From Akkermansia muciniphila ATCC BAA-835 (GTDB lineage Bacteria; Verrucomicrobiota; Verrucomicrobiia; Verrucomicrobiales; Akkermansiaceae), in the NCBI RefSeq assembly GCF_000020225.1, contig NC_010655.1:2190001-2222000 (forward strand): DNA of 32,000 nucleotides, in the 5' to 3' direction. Positions 25,075-32,000 of the stretch are shown one piece after another. A model generated the notes under the pieces. The model worked only from the letters and a program-made list of their open reading frames with translations. It was not told the DNA's origin and ran no database searches. Made by a program: the position numbers and the translations under genes. Numbering within the stretch: the stretch's first letter is position 1; every line of letters begins with the position of its first letter.

Positions 25075-25640
25075 TGAAAAAAATCTTCCGGTATTTAATA
25101 CTTCTGGCAAGCCTGTCCCTCCATGCCGCGGCGTGGGGGGACATGGCCGACAACGGAGTGGAATGCTCCGTGGTGATGGAAAAGACCCGGTTTGACGCAA
25201 GAGAGACGTTCCCTGACTTCAAGCTGGTGTTCACGAACAAGGGCGAAAAGACCGTGCGCCTGTTCGACGACTTCTATCCCCTCAAGGATGACGGCCCTAA
25301 TATCCGTATCGAAATATGGAAAAAAGCGGGAGGGGAAAGATATGGGTACAGAGTGGGCGAAATAGAGAATCCAATAGCCTGTTATGGAGCCGGGTATAAA
25401 ATCGAACGGGTAGCGGCTTTGATGCGCTTCATTACGTTGAAGCCGGGAGAAAAGCATGAAGTCCCCATCAAGGAAGCTTACCTGTTGCTGACGTATTTTG
25501 ACCGTCTTCGCAATGATCAGAACTATGAGCTGGAAGTACGTTTCAGGGATGAATGTTCGTATCCCGATGCTCGGAGGGTGTATGTAGGGAAGGCAGAATT
25601 TAGTTTGTCACGCCGGTCGCCCAAAGGAGTTCCTCGGTGA
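25074..25640 (+). CDS. Hypothetical secreted 188-aa protein, paralogous to the C-terminal domain of the upstream protein
   Basis: The ATG overlaps the upstream stop by 1 nt (TGATG). Signal peptide MKKIFRYLILLASLSLHAAAWG. It shares ordered motifs with upstream aa 431-545. Confidence 0.75.
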   Translation: MKKIFRYLILLASLSLHAAAWGDMADNGVECSVVMEKTRFDARETFPDFKLVFTNKGEKTVRLFDDFYPLKDDGPNIRIEIWKKAGGERYGYRVGEIENPIACYGAGYKIERVAALMRFITLKPGEKHEVPIKEAYLLLTYFDRLRNDQNYELEVRFRDECSYPDARRVYVGKAEFSLSRRSPKGVPR

Positions 25641-25903
25641 ATAATCCAGACTGTTGGAGGACATAGCCTATTGTTCCCGTTCTTCCAATAACCCACCCAC
25701 CAGAGAGCCAGTTATCTATTGTTCAGCCATTTGTTCCCTGATTATCTCTGTTTCTTGATACATTTTTTTATTATTTCAGAGAAAGGACAGGTTAGTTGAA
25801 ATAGGTGAATTAAGGGTTCAATGGCCTGAAACCTAATAACGACGGGGGAGAATTGGGACGATGGGCGTAGCTTTCTCCTTATCATTCGAAAATGAAGTTA
25901 TGA

Positions 25904-26143
25904 ATTATCGTGGAAGAAATCTCCATCACCTGTGAAGAAGCCAAGGAAGTGGAAATCGGTTTTGAAGGAAAGGAACCGGTTATTGCAGACGAAGCATGGA
26001 ATTGCATCACTACGCCTATCATTCCCAGAATTTTTGTGACGGCGTGTAAGGATGAAGCTGCCGATGTCTGGAAGCGCCGGATTGCGGGAGCGGAAAGGCG
26101 ATCCGGCAATGTAGGCGGTAATTTATCAGTCCCATTGTCTTAA
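25904..26143 (+). pseudogene. Orphan, diverged partial copy of the internal segment (aa ~164-230) of the 545-aa gene
   Basis: The translation IVEEISITCEEAKEVEIGFEGKEPVIADEAWNCITTPIIPRIFVTACKDEAADVWKRRI aligns with IEKESTITCEESRKVEVTLEEPAPVVEESEGICETYIIPPQIFVTACKDEVLDEWRLRV. There is no ATG, an upstream in-frame TGA lies at 25901, and the frame ends 20 codons after the similarity stops. Confidence 0.6.
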
Positions 26144-26320
26144 ATGGGATTCCAAATTTATTGGGGTATCAAAAATACCAGTATTTTCAAGTTTTGATCA
26201 AGGAGGGGGAGGTTTGTGGACTTTGAGGCGGAATTATGGGATGACAACAGGTTTGAGGAAAACTGTTGAACCCGTCCACGGTGTGCCGGGAGGATTTCTT
26301 CGGACAGGAAAAGGCCGGGG

Positions 26321-27049
26321 CTATTTGAGCCATGCCAGGAATTCATGGTTGCCGTCAGTTCCCGTGATAGGGGAAGGTTCGCACCCCATCCAGGAACGGT
26401 TCAGTTCGTCCGTGACGAAAGTGCGTATGGAGTCCACCGCCCTCCGGTGCAAAGCCGGGTCCCGGACGATGCCGCCGGGGCCTATATCTTCCGGCTGGAG
26501 TTCAAACTGGGGCTTGATGAGCACCAGGGCATCCCCCCCTTGTTTAAGCAGAGGAAAGGCGGCGGGAAGGATTTTTTTCAGAGAGATAAAGGAGACGTCG
26601 GAAACGATCAGATCCACTTGTTCCCCAATATCCTCCGGAGTCATGTAGCGGGCGTTGAATTTTTCCTTCACAATGACGCGGGGATCCTGCCGCAGTTTCC
26701 AGACAAGCTGGTTGGTTCCTACGTCTATGGCATGCACCCTGGCGGCTCCGTGCTGGAGCAGGCAGTCCGTAAAACCTCCGGTGGAAGCCCCAATGTCAAG
26801 GCAGACCTTGCCTTCCGCAGAAACGGGGAAGGCATTCAGGGCTCCTTCCATTTTCAGGCCGCCGCGGCTGACATAGCGGGGACGGTTTCTAATGGTGATA
26901 TCCGCGTCTTCATTAACCTTGAGACCGGGCTTGGTAGAGGGATGCCCCCCCACGTTCACTTCTCCGGCAATGATGAGCCGCTGGGCCAGCTCCCGGGATT
27001 CTACGAGATTGCGGGAAACCAGAAGGATATCGAGTCGTTGCTTGCTCAT
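26321..27049 (-). CDS. tlyA: TlyA-family rRNA 2'-O-methyltransferase (S4 domain + FtsJ-like MTase)
   Basis: MSKQRLDILLVSRNLVESRELAQRLIIAGEVNV (S4 domain). VSRGGLKMEGAL. LDIGASTGGFTDCLLQHGAARVHAIDVG. Confidence 0.9.
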   Translation of the reverse strand: MSKQRLDILLVSRNLVESRELAQRLIIAGEVNVGGHPSTKPGLKVNEDADITIRNRPRYVSRGGLKMEGALNAFPVSAEGKVCLDIGASTGGFTDCLLQHGAARVHAIDVGTNQLVWKLRQDPRVIVKEKFNARYMTPEDIGEQVDLIVSDVSFISLKKILPAAFPLLKQGGDALVLIKPQFELQPEDIGPGGIVRDPALHRRAVDSIRTFVTDELNRSWMGCEPSPITGTDGNHEFLAWLK

Positions 27050-27209
27050 GATTCGGAAAAAGGTGTGAACGCAGGTATTTCATGAAACCGCATGAAGAAT
27101 CAAGAAAAACCGAGCGCAGAGAGGCATTCGGGCGTAAAAATGCGGCATTCCTCGTACTGGAGCATTTTACGATTGATTCAAGGCCGGTTTATAGGAGACT
27201 CTGCGGCGG

Positions 27210-27773
27210 ATGGAACACCGCTACAGGCAATTGATGCGCAGAGTCAGGCTTTACCTGCTGACGGAGGTGCGCAAAAAATCGTGGGCAAGCAAGTTCCTTT
27301 CCGCCAGGGTTTTTGATTCTGTTTACTGGTCATGGGACAGGCAATACGTTGCAACGGGAGCTGCCTGGGGGGCTGCCGCAGCGATTGCCCCTCTTCCCAT
27401 GCAGAGCCTGTGGGGCGTTTTCGCCTGCCTGTGGCGCAAGGGTAATATTCCCGTAGCCATTCTGATGGCGTGGCTCTCCCCTCCCGGCTTTACCTTTTTT
27501 GCCATTCCCGCTCAATGGTGGCTGGGGTGGTTCCTTTTTTCGATTTTGGGGTTCCCTACGTCCGGCGCGAACTGGGAGATGCTGAAAGCGGGGGTTCAGC
27601 AGTGGTCCTGGACGCCGTTTGGCGGATTGAGCATCGGCATGGTAAGCCTGGAATTCGCAGCGGGCTGGATGGTTTCCAGCGTTGTTCTGGGCAGCCTGTG
27701 TTACGGGCTGGTGCAGTTGGGATGGAGGATGGGCCAGTTCCTGCACAGCAGAAAAAAGAGCGGCAAGTTGTAA
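27210..27773 (+). CDS. DUF2062-like small membrane protein
   Basis: Layout ...VATGAAWGAAAAIAPLPMQS...NIPVAILMAWLSPPGF followed by hydrophobic helices. The start is uncertain (ATG at 27210 or 27234). Confidence 0.65.
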   Translation: MEHRYRQLMRRVRLYLLTEVRKKSWASKFLSARVFDSVYWSWDRQYVATGAAWGAAAAIAPLPMQSLWGVFACLWRKGNIPVAILMAWLSPPGFTFFAIPAQWWLGWFLFSILGFPTSGANWEMLKAGVQQWSWTPFGGLSIGMVSLEFAAGWMVSSVVLGSLCYGLVQLGWRMGQFLHSRKKSGKL

Positions 27774-27834
27774 TAGCAAAACTGCCGTCTGTGTAAGGCA
27801 GGGCGGAACCGGAAAGCCGGGCAGTCCGGAAAAA

Positions 27835-28533
27835 TCAGACGGCTACTTCCATCAGCAAAACGGTTGAGTTCTGGAGGGCTTCTATGGAGACGGTTTCCGT
27901 ATCCGTAATTCCGGCACCGTCCCGACTGTGCAATATGGCATCTCCTATTTTTATTTCTCCGTCTATCACGAAGATGTATACGCCCGTGTTCCGTCCCTTG
28001 AATTGGTATTCCCGTTCTATGCCCCTGTCCAGCTCCGCCCAGGAAAACCAGGCCTGCTGCATGATGGAAATATCCGTTTCCGGAGCCAGGAAGGTAGAGA
28101 TTTCATTATGCTTCAACAGGGGGGTGATGTCGTAATCCCGGTACCTGGGGGGCGTATTGATCCTGTCCGGAATGATCCATATTTGCAGGAATTCCAATGG
28201 TTCCGTGAGGCTGTCGTTGAATTCGCTGTGCTGAATACCCGTTCCGGCGCTCATCACCTGGATTTCTCCGCGCGTGATAGTGTGGCTGTTGTTCAGGCTG
28301 TCTCCGTGGCGGAGCCTTCCTTTCAGAGGAATGGAAACCACCTCCATATTTTTGTGCGGATGGGTACCGAAGCCTTCTTCCGGGAGAACCTTGTCGTCAT
28401 TGAGCACGCGCAGAGCTCCGAATTGCATGCGTTCCGGGTTGAAATAATTGGCGAAGCTGAATGTGTGGTGTGTATCCAGCCATCCGTGGTTGGCATGTCC
28501 ACGGGAGGATGCACGGTGAATGGTAATGTTCAT
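27835..28533 (-). CDS. Pirin-family protein (cupin; quercetinase-like)
   Basis: Starts MNITIHRASSRGHANHGWLDTHHTFSFANY. Motifs GFGTHPHKNMEVVSIPLKGRLRHGDS and QVMSAGTGIQHSE. The 173-codon upstream extension of ORF 27835..29052 is junk and overlaps the next gene. Confidence 0.9.
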   Translation of the reverse strand: MNITIHRASSRGHANHGWLDTHHTFSFANYFNPERMQFGALRVLNDDKVLPEEGFGTHPHKNMEVVSIPLKGRLRHGDSLNNSHTITRGEIQVMSAGTGIQHSEFNDSLTEPLEFLQIWIIPDRINTPPRYRDYDITPLLKHNEISTFLAPETDISIMQQAWFSWAELDRGIEREYQFKGRNTGVYIFVIDGEIKIGDAILHSRDGAGITDTETVSIEALQNSTVLLMEVAV

Positions 28534-28722
28534 GATTGATATAGGGGGAGTGGGAGCGGTTTTCCGCCTGCAGAATGTTTGACCGGCTGCAACTCTGGGC
28601 TGTTCAAGGCGAATGACATTATTTCCAGGACCGTAAAATAAATCGGCAACACAAATTGGTGGTGCAATGTCTCTTCTTTTAGGGTAGCGTGCTGCAGTAC
28701 CCGTGCAAAGAAGACAAGGCTT

Positions 28723-31700
28723 ATGGCTCAGCGGACATTTATGAGATGGATCAAGGGACTGATTCCCACAGTGATTATTTTGCTGGGGGCGTTGTTGCTG
28801 GGCTGCATATGCTACATCTCCATCTGGGGGGTGCCTTCCTTCGTTGTGCAGCGGGTGGAGCAGGCTCTTCTGGAAAAGGGCATTCCCTCCCATATAGAGA
28901 CGCTGAAAGTTACTTTGTGGCCCCGTGCCGTCGTGACACTGAAAAATGTGGAATTGCTGGATCCGGAGGCCATGCCGGAAACTCGCCGGCCCATAGTTCT
29001 GCTGCATGAGGCGGATGTGGCGCTGAATTGGAAAAAACTGATAGAAGGACAAGTAGTGCCGGAGCGGGTGAATGTGAAGGGGATGGACGTCACTCTGCCC
29101 GTAGATGCGGGGAATCCGGAAAAAGTTTTTTCCGTAACGGGGGTGAACGCGGAATTGAATCTGGGGCGGCCCGGCATGGTGGACATCGTCAAGGCAGATG
29201 CCGTTGTGCAGGGCATCCGGGTGACGGCCCAGGGGGCATTTTCCATTGGTCAGGATGATTCCGGAGATTTTACGCTGACGGCTCAGGATATGGGCGCCGT
29301 CAGAGAGCAGTTGAATCAGGTCCTGAATTACATGGACCGGGTGAAGTGGCCTGATGCATCTCCTCCCCGCCTGATTGTCAATTTAAGCGACGATCCGAAA
29401 GGCGGCGTGCGTGTAGGCATGGATTTGCAGGCGCCTGTTCTCAGGTACGGAAAAATCATGGTCAGGGATTTCCTGTTCAACGGGGATTACGCGGATTCCG
29501 TTATCATGGCCAAACACTTTACCATGCGGGATGCGGAAACGGCCGGTTTCGTCAGCCTTTCCCTCCAGGCCGATTTGAAAAAGCGCACGCTGATCTGGGA
29601 TGTCCGCAGTACGGCTCCTCTGGTCTCCTGGGCGGTGGCTATTGTTGATGAAGCTCTGGTGCCGAAGGAAATGAAGTTTCTGAGCGAGCCGCATGTACAG
29701 ATATCCGGTCGTGCGGTTTTTTCGGAAAATTGGGAAGGCGTGGAACATCTGAATGCTTTAGGTTCCGGATCCATGGGAGCATTTTCCGTGCTTGGGGAAA
29801 AATTCCAGAGGGCCTCCTGCGATTTCAGTTACGAAAACGGTAATTTTTATGTAACTGATTTGGATATAAGGCATCCCGGAGGCAGTTTTTCCGGCAAGGT
29901 AATGGGAGTGGACGGAGAGATTAAGGTAGACGTTCACAGCACGCTGCCTATGAAGGCGATGCTGGGGATGGCCCGTTCCATTGCCCCGGAGGATGCGAAG
30001 CTGCCGCCAGCGCTGGAAATCAGGGGAGACCCGGAATTGAAGGTGTACGGTTCCGTGGATATGGGAAAGGGGTGGAAAGGGCCGTTCCAGGTGGACCGCC
30101 TCCAGATTGAGGCTTCCGTGGCGGATGTCTTTTACCAGGGAGTGGAATTCGTTTCCGCTGCGGCCAGGGCGGAATTGATTGGCCGTTCCATTAACGTCAC
30201 CCAATTGGAATTGGTGCGGGATGACGGCCGGGTGAAGCTGGAAGGAAGCTATTTGGGCACCGACCTTGTTTTTACGCTGGAATCTAATCTGAAGCCTGAA
30301 CTGCTGGAGACTCTGGCTGGAAATTGGTTTTCTGTCCCTGAAAATTTGCAGCTTCCGGAAAAAGCGGTTTTATGGGTGCACGGCAGGCTGGATATTCCGG
30401 AGGGCAAGCCTGTGGAGCCGACTCTGGTCCGAGCACGCATCCATGCGGAGAATCTTGCCTGGAACAAGGTTCCTGTCAAAACGGCGGATGTGGAAGCGGA
30501 ATACCGTCCCAACCAGCTTTTTGTGCAAAATTGCCGGATGGAAATGGAAAAGGGCGTCTTTGAATTGTTCGCCAACGGTTTTCTGGACGGTCAGATGTTT
30601 GTGATGGGGCAGTCCACGGTTCCGCTGCAAACGATAGACCAATTGTTGAGCATGGAGGATGACGACTTTTTCATGAACCGCTTTGTCTTCCGCAAGGATT
30701 CCGGCCTGGAGTTTTCCTTCCAGGGAACGTTGGGTCTGTATAATCTGGAAAAGGCTTACGACTTGCAGGCTACTGTTTCCGCAACCAACACGCGCTACAG
30801 GGGGGTGGACTTGAAGTCCGCCCGGGCGGATGCCCATCTGGTGACGGACCAGCTGGTGCTGACCAATGTGACGACTGTGGTTTCCAACGGAAATTACCTG
30901 TCTTCCGTCGGATTGTCCGGAGGCCCTTCGGAATGCACGCTCAAGGCCAAGAGCATAGATTTCCGTTTTGTGCAGGATACGGTGGAAGTGCTTGGTCTGG
31001 AGGGGCAGGCCTATCCCGGCTATACCCTGCGGATGTTTTCCGATAGTGCCGCCAGGGTTTTGAAGGAGTTTGTCTTTACCCGGCCCGTAACGCTTTCCGG
31101 CGGCGGCATGTTTCCGATGGGGGATGACATGAAGCTGATGAAGGGGCGCATCCGCTTTGACGCTTCCGCCGGGCGCGTGCGCTATCCCCTGCTGGGAACC
31201 ACGCTGGACCTCGGAAGGACAAAGGGGGAAGTGTTGATTTCTCCGCAATGGGTGGTTGTGGACAAGATGATGGGAACCATCTGGGACGGAACCTTCACGG
31301 GCCGCATTCTGGCGCAGATTGATGATGGGGATGCCCTGAACGGTTCTTTTGTCCTCCAGGACATGAATTTGACGTCTATCGGGAAATCCTATGACAAAAA
31401 AATGGAGAAAGCCACTGTGCACGGAGCCATTGAGTTTTCATCCAAGGGAGGCAATATGAATTCTATTCAGGCGAAGGGGGAGGCTGCCCTGGTGCATGGC
31501 GACCTGGTGGAAATTCCCCTGTTCGGATTTTTGGGGGAAGCCCTCTCTAATTACATTCCAGGACTGGGGCATCTGATTAATTACAAGATATCCAGGGCCG
31601 ATTGCGATTTTTCCATTGAGAAGGGTTATGTGCGCACCAGTAATTTCGCGGCCCAGGGAAGCAACATGTCTCTGGAGGGGGGAGGCTGGATACGCCTTTC

Positions 31701-31902
31701 CGATTTGCAGGTCAATTCAGATTTCAAGCTGGGGCTTCGCGGTTTGCCGGGGTTTATTACTTCCCCGGTTTTCCTGTTGGCCGGAGGGCTGTTTCAAGTG
31801 CGGGGAACGGGGCCTTTGAGCAATGTTTCCTGGAATTTCGCTCCGTTTTCCGGAGGGAAAGCCCCCGTTCCTCCCGCCGCGGCGCCTGCCCGGAAAAGGT
31901 AG
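28723..31902 (+). CDS. Giant (1059 aa) N-terminally anchored envelope protein, AsmA/TamB-like
   Basis: A single N-terminal TM helix (GLIPTVIILLGALLLGCICYISIW) is followed by a long beta-rich body. The C-terminus resembles the AsmA-like C-terminal region (ADCDFSIEKGYVRTSNFAAQGSNMSLEGGGWIRLSDLQVNSDFKLGL). Confidence 0.6.
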   Translation: MAQRTFMRWIKGLIPTVIILLGALLLGCICYISIWGVPSFVVQRVEQALLEKGIPSHIETLKVTLWPRAVVTLKNVELLDPEAMPETRRPIVLLHEADVALNWKKLIEGQVVPERVNVKGMDVTLPVDAGNPEKVFSVTGVNAELNLGRPGMVDIVKADAVVQGIRVTAQGAFSIGQDDSGDFTLTAQDMGAVREQLNQVLNYMDRVKWPDASPPRLIVNLSDDPKGGVRVGMDLQAPVLRYGKIMVRDFLFNGDYADSVIMAKHFTMRDAETAGFVSLSLQADLKKRTLIWDVRSTAPLVSWAVAIVDEALVPKEMKFLSEPHVQISGRAVFSENWEGVEHLNALGSGSMGAFSVLGEKFQRASCDFSYENGNFYVTDLDIRHPGGSFSGKVMGVDGEIKVDVHSTLPMKAMLGMARSIAPEDAKLPPALEIRGDPELKVYGSVDMGKGWKGPFQVDRLQIEASVADVFYQGVEFVSAAARAELIGRSINVTQLELVRDDGRVKLEGSYLGTDLVFTLESNLKPELLETLAGNWFSVPENLQLPEKAVLWVHGRLDIPEGKPVEPTLVRARIHAENLAWNKVPVKTADVEAEYRPNQLFVQNCRMEMEKGVFELFANGFLDGQMFVMGQSTVPLQTIDQLLSMEDDDFFMNRFVFRKDSGLEFSFQGTLGLYNLEKAYDLQATVSATNTRYRGVDLKSARADAHLVTDQLVLTNVTTVVSNGNYLSSVGLSGGPSECTLKAKSIDFRFVQDTVEVLGLEGQAYPGYTLRMFSDSAARVLKEFVFTRPVTLSGGGMFPMGDDMKLMKGRIRFDASAGRVRYPLLGTTLDLGRTKGEVLISPQWVVVDKMMGTIWDGTFTGRILAQIDDGDALNGSFVLQDMNLTSIGKSYDKKMEKATVHGAIEFSSKGGNMNSIQAKGEAALVHGDLVEIPLFGFLGEALSNYIPGLGHLINYKISRADCDFSIEKGYVRTSNFAAQGSNMSLEGGGWIRLSDLQVNSDFKLGLRGLPGFITSPVFLLAGGLFQVRGTGPLSNVSWNFAPFSGGKAPVPPAAAPARKR

Positions 31903-32000
31903 GGCAGACGAAATATTTGGGTGTTGCGCAACTGCCGTAAGGAGCCGCATGCCTTGCAGCAATTGAAAATAACAGATGCCGGATATCTGACAGAAGATAA

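Noticed and set aside
23926-26143. Whether the repeated segment (23926-24126 vs 25904-26100) is a DGR template/variable repeat pair.
   Set aside because: No reverse transcriptase gene is present in the window. The differences between the two copies are not restricted to adenine positions, and the divergence is far higher than in TR/VR pairs.
27092-27316. A 74-aa ORF upstream of and overlapping the DUF2062-like gene, considered as a possible frameshifted N-terminus.
   Set aside because: The 27210 frame already gives a full-length protein of normal size for the family, and the 27092 ORF shows no motif. There is no positive evidence of a frameshift.
27835-29052. Full 405-aa version of the pirin ORF. 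The same issue applies to the long N-terminal extensions of ORFs 8164..9831, 9958..11388, 20941..22164, 22143..23054, 2320..2946, 6107..6760 and 12024..14255.
   Set aside because: The extensions lack family similarity, and some overlap neighbouring genes or promoters. For example, the pirin extension overlaps the start of the 28723 gene. Internal ATGs coincide with the expected family N-termini or signal peptides.
1-32000. A search by eye for tRNA, rRNA, CRISPR repeats, IS elements and terminal inverted repeats.
   Set aside because: I found no T-loop-like GGTTCGAATCC-type motif, no regularly spaced direct repeats and no transposase- or integrase-like ORFs. Small ncRNAs cannot be excluded without covariance-model scans.

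Overview
This is a bacterial chromosomal window that is G+C-rich by eye; I did not compute composition. About 30 protein-coding genes sit on both strands. I recognised no rRNA, tRNA, CRISPR array, transposase, integrase or reverse transcriptase. The gene content includes a secreted GH20 beta-N-acetylhexosaminidase, NagB, a YhcH/DUF386 protein, a cytoplasmic GH13 alpha-amylase, a MATE exporter, TlyA, pirin and a giant AsmA-like envelope protein. This fits a host-glycan or mucin-degrading Verrucomicrobial genome such as Akkermansia, but that is an unverified inference. Four regions stand out. (1) 23.3-26.2 kb is an A+T-richer insert between the nagB terminator and tlyA. It holds a perfect 12-bp inverted repeat, then a 545-aa protein with no signal peptide (PA14-like N-terminus, central HEEHH motif, C-terminal beta-rich domain). 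A secreted 188-aa protein follows, translationally coupled by a TGATG overlap, and it resembles the large protein's C-terminal domain. Downstream lies a diverged orphan copy of an internal segment of the large gene. This is my best candidate for an undescribed system. (2) 17.8-20.3 kb is a lone 822-aa gene whose motifs recall podovirus tail-hub/nozzle proteins (T7 gp12 / P22 gp10 class). It has host-like composition, no other phage genes nearby, and sits between two inverted PUA-SAM rRNA methyltransferase paralogues, convergent with a KH-domain gene. (3) 2.5-6.8 kb is a visibly lower-GC redox/detoxification island (ABM monooxygenase, CMD-cupin, AKR, amidohydrolase, SDR remnant, NAD(P)H-quinone reductase) next to a MerR regulator. 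(4) Several strong intergenic hairpins act as likely uni- or bidirectional terminators. All functional calls come from motif recognition by eye, and no database search was possible.
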